Shown here piece by piece: positions 1 to 9,044 of a stretch of DNA of 64,000 nucleotides. The DNA comes from Escherichia phage Mt1B1_P17, in sequence record NC_052662.1; one strand, 5' to 3'. How positions within the stretch are numbered: position 1 is the stretch's first letter; each line of letters starts with the position of its first letter. The position numbers and the translations under genes were made by a program. The notes beneath the pieces were generated by a model that did no database searches, was not told the origin of the DNA, and worked only from the letters and a program-made list of their open reading frames with translations.

Positions 1-51
1 AACGCGAATTTTCGGGCCGTCAGGTCCACGCAGCGACAATTCCCAAATATC

Positions 52-255
52 ATGCGAATGAGAATAATTATCATTCGTATTCAATGACTTATGCAAGGCT
101 CATGCCAACGTAGCGACAAGGTGGGCCACTTGATTATAAATCACACAAACACTTATTTATCAATAGGTTGGCAACTTCATCATATGACGGAACAATGTCA
201 ACTAATCCCGCTCATGACAAGCAGACTATTATTCATATGAGAATGATTATTATTT
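52..255. repeat. two Fur-box-like imperfect palindromes (ATGCGAATGAGAATAATTATCATTCGT at 52..77; ATGAGAATGATTATTATTT at 237..255) in AT-rich non-coding DNA
   Basis: Read directly; near match to the 7-1-7 Fur-box pattern TGATAATnATTATCA; same motif family recurs at 13293..13407. Confidence 0.4.
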
Positions 256-564
256 AAACGTTTATTAACATAAAAACCAGAATAAATCAAGAATTTTCTG
301 ATTTTATTTACGTTTAAGAGAAGATGCTCAACATATCGCTACGCGATAGTATTCGCCCCCAAAAGTATTGACTTTTATTCTATTATGTGCACACTATGCA
401 ACCTGTCGCTATTCGCTCATGTTGCTACGTGCAATTATTCATCTTGCTAATGATTTCATATTGTAATTATTACAATGATTATTGTTATTGCGCTAATGTT
501 ATGATCTTGGTAATTACATATAATGCTAATAATAAGCCAGCGCAATAAGTGTAAGCGTCATTAC

Positions 565-583
565 GCTTGCAATTATTGCAAGC
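565..583. repeat. perfect palindrome GCTTGCAAT-T-ATTGCAAGC
   Basis: 9-bp arms read directly; adjacent second inverted repeat TAAGCGT/ACGCTTA at 552..568. Confidence 0.5.
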
Positions 584-1200
584 TACGCAGTAACAAGAAA
601 TAACCATCACCGATGGTTATGATTGTTGGGGTGTAGTTGGCTTATTATTAGCTCGCTATGTGTCCGGCATAGCGTGCTAATGATGATCCTGGGAATGATT
701 CGTTTTGTAATGATTTCATTCAGTCACTATTATGGCAATAGTTATTATTTTAATGGTTTCGTTTGTTATTGTTCGTTAGTTGGTTGTTTTGTCGTGTTAT
801 CGTTATCTTGCTTAGTATTCATCATGGTTTGATTGTTTCTTGTTATCAATCATCTTGCTATTATTCCTTTTATTATGATTAGTTTGCTTATTGTTTTAGG
901 TTGTTGGTTAGTTAGTTGTTGCGAACTGTTATCAACATTATAGTTATGCGCTTATATTGCATATATAATCATGTATAGATGATAATGGTTATCATTGCAC
1001 TAGAAAGGAGGTAAAAGGGTGTTTTTGATGGTTTGTTGTTGGTTGTTGATCGATTTTAACCGCTATAAATGGCTCTCTAACAGCCTGTTACCCTGGGAGG
1101 TATGGTTATTCGTTTAATGGTTGATTAGCTCGATACCGCGATTTATTCAATTTTGTTCTGTGTCGGTTTTTCATAGGCGAAAGCTATCAACATTGTTCGG

Positions 1201-1228
1201 GCAAAAAGAAAGGGCGCTTGGTGCGCCC
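1201..1228 (-). terminator. intrinsic terminator hairpin GGGCGC-TTGGT-GCGCCC (copy 1 of 3)
   Basis: Stem-loop with T-rich flanks just downstream of the stop of CDS 1245..1664; identical hairpin at 1776..1794 and 7207..7225. Confidence 0.5.
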
Positions 1229-1244
1229 CTTGTTTTGTTGTCAA

Positions 1245-1664
1245 TTATAACGCTTCATAGATTGAGTAGATCCGGTTTGCCAGGTCATTACGAAAGCGGA
1301 ATTTTTCATCACGTTTGATCATCAGATCCTTAAAACCGCATTCTTTCAGTGCTTCATTAACTTTATGGCGGCAAACGTTCATATTATCCTGCGCGTCACC
1401 AATAAACTTATTGCTGTGATGCATTGCTTTGATCTCTTCCTCTAATACCAGGGCAACTACACGGATCGGATCAAGCTGATATGCGGTAACATCCATGCGG
1501 CATTGTAAACGGCTTTTAACATCGTTTACCGGATATACTGCAACCTCTTCCCCGTCAACGTTCACGATAACCAATTTACCATCGATTTCGAAGCCTTTGG
1601 CGGCGCTACCGTGACAAAAAGCGTTATCGAAGGAGTAAGCTGGATTATTTGATTTAATGTTCAT
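1245..1664 (-). CDS. hypothetical early protein (139 aa)
   Basis: ORF with own TTGACA-N17-TATATT promoter upstream (about 1720..1750). Confidence 0.5.
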   Translation of the reverse strand: MNIKSNNPAYSFDNAFCHGSAAKGFEIDGKLVIVNVDGEEVAVYPVNDVKSRLQCRMDVTAYQLDPIRVVALVLEEEIKAMHHSNKFIGDAQDNMNVCRHKVNEALKECGFKDLMIKRDEKFRFRNDLANRIYSIYEAL

Positions 1665-1775
1665 GTTTTTATCCTTTGTTTCGTTTCGTTGTTTGCTGCC
1701 AGTGAGTTAAATATAATATAACGCCGATCCCCTGTCAATAGGGGATAGCGCATTATTTACATTTCTTTACGTTAA

Positions 1776-1794
1776 AGGGCGCTTGGTGCGCCCT
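1776..1794 (-). terminator. terminator hairpin copy 2 (AGGGCGCTTGGTGCGCCCT)
   Basis: Same hairpin as 1212..1228; lies between stop of 1804..2172 and the promoter of the next gene. Confidence 0.45.
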
Positions 1795-1803
1795 TGTATA
1801 ATC

Positions 1804-2172
1804 TTACTTTGTGCTGTTGTAAACGTTATCGCGTTCAACCATCACGGCAAGGCGGATCAGTTGATCAGTTGTATCGCGTAAACTGTCGGGCCATGTTTTA
1901 CTGTTCCAGTTATCCAGGTTTGACTGTATATAGGTTTCAATGGCTTGATCCATATTATCAAACAAGTTTTCCTCCAGGCTCTCGGCTGTTTCACACTGGA
2001 AAGCATTAGCGACACTATTAATCAATAAGCAAGCCAGTAAATCAGCATTACGCCAATTTTTACGGATAGTTTCATCTGTCAAATAACCAACGAGATTAAC
2101 CTTTGCGCCAGTGGTTGACGTTGCGATCACTTCTTGTGCTTTTTCAAGTGCTTTAATTACTGATTTGCTCAT
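1804..2172 (-). CDS. hypothetical early protein (122 aa)
   Basis: ORF; RBS AGAGGAAAAG; TTGCTT-N17-TATAGT promoter upstream. Confidence 0.5.
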   Translation of the reverse strand: MSKSVIKALEKAQEVIATSTTGAKVNLVGYLTDETIRKNWRNADLLACLLINSVANAFQCETAESLEENLFDNMDQAIETYIQSNLDNWNSKTWPDSLRDTTDQLIRLAVMVERDNVYNSTK

Positions 2173-2250
2173 CTTCTTTTCCTCTTTGTGGGCTTGCTGT
2201 ATTGCTCGCCCTACGCAATAACTATAAGTTAACAGGAGCTAGAAAGCAAG

Positions 2251-2484
2251 TTATTTTTTATAAAATTTTTCTGCTGTGATATTCTTCCCAGTAGGCTTAA
2301 CCACTTGCAAGATCTTATCATGTGCCGAACGTCCAAAAGAGTAAGATCCGTACACGGTAAACCAATAATCCCCGTTCGGTTGAACGGTTACGGCGGCGTA
2401 CGGTGTACCTCTTTCATTATCCCCGATAAAGTGAGAAACATTACCGTTAACATTTGGTTTAGTGCTTTTAATTTGTTCGATCAT
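2251..2484 (-). CDS. hypothetical early protein (77 aa)
   Basis: ORF; RBS AGGAG; promoter/hairpin cassette 2503..2562 upstream. Confidence 0.5.
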   Translation of the reverse strand: MIEQIKSTKPNVNGNVSHFIGDNERGTPYAAVTVQPNGDYWFTVYGSYSFGRSAHDKILQVVKPTGKNITAEKFYKK

Positions 2485-2502
2485 GATATGACTCCTAAAT
2501 CA

Positions 2503-2562
2503 GGCGGGAAACATTCCCGCCCTACGTGATAAATGATAATGTAAGCGTGATCCGGTGTCAAT
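2503..2562 (-). promoter_or_regulatory. early promoter cassette: TTGACA-N17-TATCAT, then TAGGGCGGG and 5' stem-loop GGCGGGAA-ACA-TTCCCGCC
   Basis: Read on minus strand; -35 at 2557..2562, -10 at 2533..2538, hairpin 2503..2521. Confidence 0.6.
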
Positions 2563-2867
2563 AGGTAGGATTGTAAAGATTTGATAGTTTATCTCTTTGA
2601 TGTTTTGTTGTTTGATAGATGTTAGCTATCAATATATAGCGGGGTCGTCCGGTGATTATCTTCCCCTGCTTCCAGGTGCCGCCCGTTCAATAAGTATAAC
2701 AAAAAACAGGACAAAAACAAGCCCTGTTTATTTATCTTAAAACCAGTTGCCAACCGTTTCCAATAGGTCACTGACTACCAGGACAACATTGATCAGCACA
2801 TGTTCAACCATGAAGGGGATAAGCGCCAGCGTTGCTACTACGATCCCCATTGTGATGATTACCTTTC

Positions 2868-3158
2868 TCATTGTTGGCGGTTTACGTAAGCTTTACCGTT
2901 TACGGTCATCGGTATGGCCTCAAGGTCTGGATCTTCCTTAAGGTCGCGTGCAAGCTCACCGCAGCGGATACCCTCGAATCCGTGGTATTCTGTCGTGCCG
3001 TCCTGGAAAGTTTTAGCGGCAAGGCATAGGCGATAATTAACGCCGATCCGGTTCACTGCGTTAATATCGGTTAACGTGATGGATTCTGGCAACTCTTTCG
3101 CCATTACAGGCGCGTTAATACCAACAACCAGGGCAACTACTGCGATCATCTTTTTCAT
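2868..3158 (-). CDS. secreted/periplasmic small protein (N-terminal signal peptide MKKMIAVVALVVGINAPVMA)
   Basis: ORF with hydrophobic signal-like N-terminus; 5' hairpin GGGGCGGTAACGCCCC and RBS upstream. Confidence 0.5.
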   Translation of the reverse strand: MKKMIAVVALVVGINAPVMAKELPESITLTDINAVNRIGVNYRLCLAAKTFQDGTTEYHGFEGIRCGELARDLKEDPDLEAIPMTVNGKAYVNRQQ

Positions 3159-3213
3159 GCTTTCTAGCCTCTTCCTATTGCGTTTAATGGGGCGTTACCG
3201 CCCCGCTTATGGT

Positions 3214-3450
3214 TTATTGATTGATGTTATAATGAAAATTATTTTCTTCAATAGCTTTTAAAATAAAAGCCGTGATCGCTTTCGTGTCTACTTGTTCGAA
3301 CGTATCGGAATAGCACCAATAATGATCATCCCCTACTTTCGGCGGGTAAACCTGGACAAGGAGATCGCCACCTGGTTGATCTATAAGCTCAACATGCAAG
3401 CCGGATGATTCAGCGGTTTTAACGGCGTTTAATACTGTTGCAATACTCAT
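3214..3450 (-). CDS. hypothetical early protein (78 aa)
   Basis: ORF; RBS; 5' hairpin GGGGCGGCAACGCCCC upstream. Confidence 0.45.
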   Translation of the reverse strand: MSIATVLNAVKTAESSGLHVELIDQPGGDLLVQVYPPKVGDDHYWCYSDTFEQVDTKAITAFILKAIEENNFHYNINQ

Positions 3451-3494
3451 AATCTTTCCCTTTCTGATGTGGGGCGTTGCCGCCCCTTTGTTGA

Positions 3495-3794
3495 TTAGAT
3501 CGCTGTTTCCAGTAGTTCGGCTAACGTCTTACCGCCTGATAGTTGGTCTAACGTTTGCTCTTCTGGCAAGAAATTAGCTGATATTAAACCGACTTGATTC
3601 CCTTTGTGCCAATTAGCTTGACGGATGATTCCATCCTTTAAGGATTTTACCGCCATTGTGCAACCGTCGCCAAATGATTCATTTTTATGATCCATCACTT
3701 CGTAAGCGCCCAGTTTGCTGCTGTTAGGCACCATTAACGCGAATACATCACCAACAACCAGTTTTTCTACGGTAACAATAGCGATAGTTTCCAT
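3495..3794 (-). CDS. hypothetical early protein (99 aa)
   Basis: ORF; RBS GAGGAAAG; cassette 3813..3869 upstream. Confidence 0.5.
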   Translation of the reverse strand: METIAIVTVEKLVVGDVFALMVPNSSKLGAYEVMDHKNESFGDGCTMAVKSLKDGIIRQANWHKGNQVGLISANFLPEEQTLDQLSGGKTLAELLETAI

Positions 3795-3812
3795 TTTACT
3801 TTCCTCATTATT

Positions 3813-3869
3813 GGCGGCACCATTGCCGCCCTACGTGGTAAATATTAGCACACTGGCGATCTGTGTCAA
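3813..3869 (-). promoter_or_regulatory. early promoter cassette: TTGACA-N16-TAATAT plus 5' stem-loop GGCGGCAATGGTGCCGCC
   Basis: -35 at 3864..3869, -10 at 3842..3847, hairpin 3813..3830 (minus-strand reading). Confidence 0.6.
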
Positions 3870-3875
3870 TACTTT

Positions 3876-4262
3876 TTATTCAATATAAATCAAATTATCT
3901 TCACCAATGTAAGCCGACACGTTCGGCATAAACTTAGCTGCATTGGTTAGGCGGTTCGCCGTGTTAGTGGTGTATATCTCAGGGCGATCCCAAAAGCCTA
4001 CGCCGTGACCGTTACGGGTAAAATGTAAATCATTCCCGATCTGGTTGGCTGTTGCGCCGTCGCTCATTGCCTCAGAGATAGCGGCAAGATTAGCATTAAT
4101 AAAGGCTGTTACATCCTGGGCGATCCGTTCGTCCGCGCTAGGAGAAAAATCATAATCGTCTAAGTTATCAATAAAATTACCTTCATGATCCCTTGCTGAT
4201 TCAGCAAAAATAAAGGCTTCTTTATAGCCGTTGATGATTTCAATAATGATTTCTGTTTTCAT
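3876..4262 (-). CDS. hypothetical early protein (128 aa)
   Basis: ORF; start overlaps stop of upstream gene. Confidence 0.5.
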   Translation of the reverse strand: MKTEIIIEIINGYKEAFIFAESARDHEGNFIDNLDDYDFSPSADERIAQDVTAFINANLAAISEAMSDGATANQIGNDLHFTRNGHGVGFWDRPEIYTTNTANRLTNAAKFMPNVSAYIGEDNLIYIE

Positions 4263-4483
4263 GCTGTACGCTCGACAATAATAATAGTTTGCGGGATCTC
4301 GTTTTCTACTACTAACAAGGCTTTTTTCTGTGTGATAGATATTTTAACACGTTGTAAAGTAGCGGTAAAATCTTTCATTTCATTATGCGCGGACTTCGTG
4401 CAATGCCAGATCTCAGGCTTACCAACTTGTAAGCCGCGTAAAAATTCCGTTTTGCCTGTTTTGTTCGTGATCATTTGTTTCAC
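4259..4483 (-). CDS. hypothetical early protein (74 aa)
   Basis: ORF in operon-like arrangement. Confidence 0.4.
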   Translation of the reverse strand: MKQMITNKTGKTEFLRGLQVGKPEIWHCTKSAHNEMKDFTATLQRVKISITQKKALLVVENEIPQTIIIVERTA

Positions 4484-4484
4484 C

Positions 4485-4589
4485 TTAACCGATACCGTGG
4501 GAAGATAGGATCATATTAGCCATAGTTGCAACTACTCCAACCGATAACGCTAGGCCAACCACTGCAACCGTGAAAATTTTCTCTAACAT
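4485..4589 (-). CDS. small hydrophobic (membrane) protein, about 35 aa
   Basis: Start moved to internal Met (MLEKIF...) downstream of the 5' hairpin; the track ORF 4485..4688 translates the hairpin. Confidence 0.35.
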   Translation of the reverse strand: MLEKIFTVAVVGLALSVGVVATMANMILSSHGIG

Positions 4590-4672
4590 GATTCTACCCT
4601 CATTAATGGGCGTTGCACCATTGCCCCGCCCTACGTAATACACTTTACTAGATAACAAATTATTGTCAAGCT

Positions 4673-4810
4673 TTATTTTACTTCCCAAACGGAAAATTCG
4701 CTGCCTGTTGGGATCATTTTTTTAATCTTGTTTGCTGCCGCTACCAGGTCAACGGCTTGTACTGTAATAATATAACCAATTGTCGAGGCTGTTGCGTTGA
4801 AAGTTTTCAT
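4673..4810 (-). CDS. small protein, about 45 aa (below track cut-off)
   Basis: ATG at 4810 with RBS AAAGGGCAA and 5' hairpin GGCGGGATTAATCCCGCC upstream. Confidence 0.4.
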   Translation of the reverse strand: MKTFNATASTIGYIITVQAVDLVAAANKIKKMIPTGSEFSVWEVK

Positions 4811-4854
4811 TATATTGCCCTTTAATACAGGCGGGATTAATCCCGCCTTGTTGA

Positions 4855-5025
4855 TTACTCTTCATTGTCGCCGTTATAGTATTCAATGCCGTTTTCATCG
4901 GTTACGGTGATGTTAACGCCACCGATAGCAACACGATCACGGGCAAACGTCATAGCTTCATTTAAATCTTCAGACCAAAAAATATTGTGACCTTTGCGCG
5001 ATACATAAAACATAGTCGGGATCAT
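4855..5025 (-). CDS. hypothetical early protein, about 56 aa
   Basis: Track ORF N-terminus (YHIGRRNGPP) is translated hairpin; start set to internal Met. Confidence 0.4.
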   Translation of the reverse strand: MIPTMFYVSRKGHNIFWSEDLNEAMTFARDRVAIGGVNITVTDENGIEYYNGDNEE

Positions 5026-5110
5026 GATTTGTTTCTCTTCTGTTATGAGCGGTGGACCATTCCGCCGCCCTATGTGGTAAACTTTACTACGTTGTTTGCG
5101 TGCTGTCAAA

Positions 5111-5395
5111 TTATTTTTTAATGTTTTGCCCTACAAAATTGATCACTTCCTTAAGCTGTCTCTCTGTCATGATCGTACCTGGTAACTCTTCTTTAATTTC
5201 TTCCGGTAAATAGATATTACCGCGCCAGGTTAACAAACAACCGTTTTGATCTTCGCAGATAGAATAAGAAAACATCCACTCGCAATCATTTTCAAGCTCC
5301 CAAAAACACAAAAAGTCTTCTTTCCCTAAGTTTTCAACGGTTAAACATAATCCGCGACGTGCTGCATAATTAGTTAGGCTTTTTGTAATTTTCAT
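5111..5395 (-). CDS. hypothetical early protein (94 aa)
   Basis: ORF; RBS; cassette 5418..5472 upstream. Confidence 0.5.
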   Translation of the reverse strand: MKITKSLTNYAARRGLCLTVENLGKEDFLCFWELENDCEWMFSYSICEDQNGCLLTWRGNIYLPEEIKEELPGTIMTERQLKEVINFVGQNIKK

Positions 5396-5417
5396 GATTT
5401 TTCTCTCTTCTTGTGAG

Positions 5418-5472
5418 CGGCACCATTGCCGCCCTACAAGATATATATTATCAGACTAGGCGGACTTGTCAA
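5418..5472 (-). promoter_or_regulatory. early promoter cassette: TTGACA-N16-TAATAT plus 5' stem-loop GCGGCAATGGTGCCGC
   Basis: -35 at 5467..5472, -10 at 5445..5450, hairpin 5418..5433. Confidence 0.6.
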
Positions 5473-5473
5473 A

Positions 5474-5584
5474 CTATTTTTTCTTTTTCTTTGCTTCCAA
5501 CCGTCTAAGGTTACGGCTTGACTTATTGCGCAAGGCGCTTAGATCGTCGTACCCTTTCCATGCTTGCATATCTTTCGGATTCAT
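5474..5584 (-). CDS. small basic protein, about 36 aa (MNPKDMQAWKG...KKKKK)
   Basis: Internal Met with strong RBS AAGGGGGAT; weak call. Confidence 0.3.
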   Translation of the reverse strand: MNPKDMQAWKGYDDLSALRNKSSRNLRRLEAKKKKK

Positions 5585-5594
5585 GTTATCCCCC

Positions 5595-5873
5595 TTAACG
5601 ATTATAAACATTATGGATGGCTTCAAAGGCAAGATGACCATAAGCCGCCAAATCGGGATTGATCCAAGCGTTATCCAACATCGTTTCAAGGACTGTGGAA
5701 TCATCGTATAAAGCATCATAGAAATCTGCACGGATGATCGTTTCAATGTCGTCCGGTGTTAGTTTGTCGTTCAACTTGCACACTGTTTCAACGTCAACAC
5801 CAATTTTCCAATTTTGTAAATTAGTGGTTAACATTGTTTTCATTTCTTCGGTTGTTAATTTAACGATGGTCAT
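5595..5873 (-). CDS. hypothetical early protein (92 aa)
   Basis: ORF; RBS AGAAGAGAG; TTGACA promoter and 5' hairpin GGGGCGACAAGCGCCCC upstream. Confidence 0.5.
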   Translation of the reverse strand: MTIVKLTTEEMKTMLTTNLQNWKIGVDVETVCKLNDKLTPDDIETIIRADFYDALYDDSTVLETMLDNAWINPDLAAYGHLAFEAIHNVYNR

Positions 5874-5953
5874 GATTTTTTCTCTCTTCTGTTAGGCGGG
5901 GCGCTTGTCGCCCCTATGTGATACATCTTATCAGGTTGATTCAGCTTGTCAAA

Positions 5954-6115
5954 CTATTTGTTAGCCGGATTATATGCCAGGACCGCGCCACTTGCTTTCA
6001 CGCTTTCCGCTTCATAGTTGCGCAGATCGTTTTCTGTAAGATTGAGCGCGATCACTTCCTCGATCTCAACGCCAGCGGCAAGGGCGATCTCTTTGATAAT
6101 ATCTGTTGTTTTCAT
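5954..6115 (-). CDS. hypothetical small protein, about 53 aa
   Basis: Internal Met (MKTTDIIKEI) with RBS AAGGTG. Confidence 0.4.
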   Translation of the reverse strand: MKTTDIIKEIALAAGVEIEEVIALNLTENDLRNYEAESVKASGAVLAYNPANK

Positions 6116-6127
6116 GGTGTGCACCTT

Positions 6128-6247
6128 ATAAGATGATTGATAAGATAGTGACAACGAAAGCGATTATACTGATGGCAAATGTCATCTTTTTACCTTCGGA
6201 TACTGCCGGATTCTCTACCGTGTATTCTACTGTGTACTTGCTCATCG
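6128..6247 (-). CDS. small membrane protein, about 39 aa (C-terminal hydrophobic helix)
   Basis: ATG at 6247 with RBS; TTGCAA-N18-TATTTA promoter and 5' hairpin upstream. Confidence 0.4.
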
Positions 6248-6343
6248 TGTAATCCTCTCGTTTGCTTTGGGAACTATTCCCGCCGCCCTATGAATTAAAT
6301 ATACACTATCTCAAAATGATTGCAAGCCTTTTTCTAAATTATT

Positions 6344-6628
6344 TTATGCAGTAAACAAACCATCATTTACAACGGCGGCGATGATCTCCCGTGCCATTGA
6401 TTCAGGGAAAGGGGCGCTATAGTCCTGGCTTGTCTCATCGGTATCGGTGATCCAATGATAAGCTAACGAGTAAAAGCCTTTACTAACTGTTTTCAGTGAG
6501 ATGATGATCACTCGGTCAAGCTTATTGGTGAATGTTGCCGTTAATGTGTTACCCTCCTGCGTCATGTTGGACAAGTAAGCGAGATCATTAATCAGGGAAA
6601 ACATTAGCACGGTGTTAGCTTTACTCAT
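6344..6628 (-). CDS. hypothetical early protein, about 94 aa
   Basis: Start moved to internal Met (MSKANTV) after the hairpin; RBS GAGGATG. Confidence 0.5.
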   Translation of the reverse strand: MSKANTVLMFSLINDLAYLSNMTQEGNTLTATFTNKLDRVIIISLKTVSKGFYSLAYHWITDTDETSQDYSAPFPESMAREIIAAVVNDGLFTA

Positions 6629-6699
6629 GATTGCATCCTCAAAGGGGCGCGGCACCATTGCCGCCCTACACGATAACTATAACACAATGTAAAACAGGA

Positions 6700-6906
6700 T
6701 CAACCTTTATTTTTCCACGGTGTCAGCTTGTTAATCATTGGTGATAAATAGCGTTTACCAACGTAAAACAGTACGCCAACTGATGCAACGGCGGCGACCT
6801 CATGCAAGGAGGAAGGACGCGCGGTGTCATAGTAGGTACCAATAATAGCAATAGCGGCTACTGCGGCAATGTCTGTAATAATTTTTTCTTGTTTTGTTGT
6901 GATCAT
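6700..6906 (-). CDS. small membrane protein (68 aa)
   Basis: Hydrophobic stretches; RBS; 5' hairpin GGCGGGGAATAGTTCCCCACC upstream. Confidence 0.45.
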   Translation of the reverse strand: MITTKQEKIITDIAAVAAIAIIGTYYDTARPSSLHEVAAVASVGVLFYVGKRYLSPMINKLTPWKNKG

Positions 6907-6991
6907 AATATTTACCTTTTTGTATGGTGGGGAACTATTCCCCGCCTGATGTAATACAGTTTAACAGGTCCGGTTATGGTGTCAACCACTT

Positions 6992-7177
6992 TTAAAGATA
7001 TTTTATGCTAATGACGTTTTCAGGTTTTACCTTGTTATGATGTGCATCAACATAGATCAAACCATCGTCAGAAAAGCCCAGGATCACACCCTGCGCGATA
7101 AAACCATACGCATCACGGTAACGCACGGCTATTTTTAATGTTGCGTTATAGGCTGTTTTAAGCTCGCTTAAAGTCAT
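6992..7177 (-). CDS. hypothetical early protein (61 aa)
   Basis: ORF; RBS GAGGATAAACA. Confidence 0.45.
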   Translation of the reverse strand: MTLSELKTAYNATLKIAVRYRDAYGFIAQGVILGFSDDGLIYVDAHHNKVKPENVISIKYL

Positions 7178-7206
7178 CTTTGTTTATCCTCTACATATAA
7201 AAAGAA

Positions 7207-7225
7207 AGGGCGCTTGGTGCGCCCT
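7207..7225 (-). terminator. terminator hairpin copy 3 (AGGGCGCTTGGTGCGCCCT)
   Basis: Identical to 1776..1794; T-tract on minus strand. Confidence 0.45.
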
Positions 7226-7233
7226 TGTTATGT

Positions 7234-7380
7234 TAATCCTCTAAATCCATCCAATTATATTTGTCACTCTTCCCGCGCTTTGTTTTATTGCGCTTGTCGC
7301 CTTTGCGGATCACTTCCTCGTTCCAGGCCTTGCGGATCTTGGAAGATTGAATTTTTTCTGCGCGATTAGATGTATTCATT
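7234..7380 (-). CDS. small basic protein, about 48 aa (K/R-rich)
   Basis: ATG at 7380; RBS GAGGAAAC; TTGACA-N17-TAAATT promoter and 5' hairpin upstream. Confidence 0.4.
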
Positions 7381-7458
7381 TTGTTTCCTCTTCATATGAG
7401 CGGCACCATTGCCGCTATATTGTTAATTTAAACTGTTTTGTAAAATTGTCAAGGTTTA

Positions 7459-7812
7459 TCATTCATAAGAGCAAGCAAGGATCACGCCTGCAATATAAAG
7501 CCAATAATTTTCCCTTTCTCGTTGGATTTTATCATCGCTGCTATTCTCTTTAATGTATCCCCAGGATGTTAACAAACGATCAATTTCCCAATATTCGAAA
7601 GCTATATTAATATCTGATGGCAAGCCTTGTAACCATGATGCAAGTGCTTTAACAATACTATAATTAAAACGTGATTGATTATCAGGGTACCAGTACTCGG
7701 AATTAAAACGGCGCATCAATTCCGCGATCTTCTCTTTTTCGGTTGTAATACCATAATCATTAAAATCGATAGCGGCAAGGATGTACTCTTTAATTGCATT
7801 TTGTGCTTTCAT
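7459..7812 (-). CDS. hypothetical early protein (117 aa)
   Basis: ORF; RBS; cassette 7831..7887 upstream. Confidence 0.5.
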   Translation of the reverse strand: MKAQNAIKEYILAAIDFNDYGITTEKEKIAELMRRFNSEYWYPDNQSRFNYSIVKALASWLQGLPSDINIAFEYWEIDRLLTSWGYIKENSSDDKIQRERENYWLYIAGVILACSYE

Positions 7813-7830
7813 GGTCTTTCTCTCTTTTTA

Positions 7831-7887
7831 GCGGGAACTATTCCCGCCCTACGTGTAACAGTTTACTGAAAATTAAATCCGTGTCAA
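7831..7887 (-). promoter_or_regulatory. early promoter cassette: TTGACA-N16-TAAACT plus 5' stem-loop GCGGGAATAGTTCCCGC
   Basis: -35 at 7882..7887, -10 at 7860..7865, hairpin 7831..7847. Confidence 0.6.
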
Positions 7888-7890
7888 GCT

Positions 7891-8112
7891 TTATTTTGTT
7901 ACTACCATTTGGTACCCTGTTTCAATGTTAGTAAATACTGTTATCCCGTCCTGGCGTTCACTCATTAGCATACAAGGCGCTAACATCCTTTCTACTGCCT
8001 TGCACTCATTGTAAACGGCGGTTATGTCTCCTGCGGCCTTGTCTTCTGTGGTGAATGTATCGTTTATGTAAACTTGACCAGCGACAACGGCGACAATAGC
8101 GAAAGTGATCAT
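7891..8112 (-). CDS. hypothetical protein (73 aa), hydrophobic N-terminus
   Basis: ORF with RBS. Confidence 0.4.
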   Translation of the reverse strand: MITFAIVAVVAGQVYINDTFTTEDKAAGDITAVYNECKAVERMLAPCMLMSERQDGITVFTNIETGYQMVVTK

Positions 8113-8185
8113 GATGTCTTTCTCTTTATGTGTTTCTATTAGTTGATATTACAGCAATTCGCAGATTAGTTTTTAGCAATTCGTG

Positions 8186-8404
8186 CTATTTACTCATAAC
8201 AGTATCGAAAACAAATTTTTCTTTGTTGTCAAAGCTCACGTATCCGATTCGACCACGCAAGCCGCAAGTAGTGCCGTATTCGTAACCGTCAAGACCTTTA
8301 ACCTTCCAATCCACGCCCATTAAAACCGCATTATATTTCTGACCAACTACAAACGCGCCACCAGTTGATTCAATGCAAACAACTTTAATTTTACGGATTG
8401 CCAT
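8186..8404 (-). CDS. hypothetical early protein (72 aa)
   Basis: ORF; 5' hairpin TATAGCGCC-TTACAAT-GGGCGCTATA upstream. Confidence 0.45.
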   Translation of the reverse strand: MAIRKIKVVCIESTGGAFVVGQKYNAVLMGVDWKVKGLDGYEYGTTCGLRGRIGYVSFDNKEKFVFDTVMSK

Positions 8405-8485
8405 TTTCTTTCTCTCTTTCTGGTGATTGGTTTCTCTTCTCTATAGCGCCCATTGTAAGGCGCTATAACGAAAAGTCAACGATTA

Positions 8486-8650
8486 TTTTTTAAGGCTTAA
8501 AGTACCTAACTTGTCAGCATGACGTAGACCAGGGAAGATCCATTTTCCTGATTCATCTTTTACAGGGGCTTTAAACGTAGCGCCCAGGTTGGCGGCGTTA
8601 ACTTTACGGGCAACGTTGCGAGCGGCTTCACGGGTAGCGAAAGTGATCAT
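8486..8650 (-). CDS. small protein, about 54 aa (below track cut-off)
   Basis: ATG at 8650; RBS GAAGAGGAAAAC; TTGCAA-N16-TAAACT promoter and 5' hairpin upstream. Confidence 0.4.
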
Positions 8651-8741
8651 GGTGTTTTCCTCTTCTCTTTGTTAGGCGGTGGACCATTCCGCCGCCTTGA
8701 TGTAATACAGTTTACTTTATTTTTGCAGTATTGCAAGCGTT

Positions 8742-8954
8742 TTATGAAATAATCGTCAAAGTAAAATTGTAATCACCTGATTGGTACAATACTTTATCAC
8801 CGAAAGTTCCAACACGTTTAACATTGCAATATATACCCATAACACTTTTTACATCTTTGATATTCTTCACGCCTGTAATATCTTTATTAAAATGATCGTG
8901 ATCAGAAAATAAAACTTGACTTGCATTTTTTAACAGTGTACGGATATTAGCCAT
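8742..8954 (-). CDS. hypothetical early protein (70 aa)
   Basis: ORF; TTGACA-N16-TAAACT promoter and 5' hairpin upstream. Confidence 0.45.
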   Translation of the reverse strand: MANIRTLLKNASQVLFSDHDHFNKDITGVKNIKDVKSVMGIYCNVKRVGTFGDKVLYQSGDYNFTLTIIS

Positions 8955-9044
8955 CGTGATAATCTCTCTTCTGTTGTGAGCGGCACTATTGCCGCCCTAC
9001 GTAATACAGTTTACTCTTTTTCTTTCCCGTGTCAACAATCTTTT

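Noticed and set aside
623-1318. Track ORFs 623..832 and 1121..1318 in the AT-rich leader
   Set aside because: Low-complexity hydrophobic translations of T-rich DNA with no RBS or promoter; the second overlaps the terminator hairpin at 1212..1228. Treated as non-coding.
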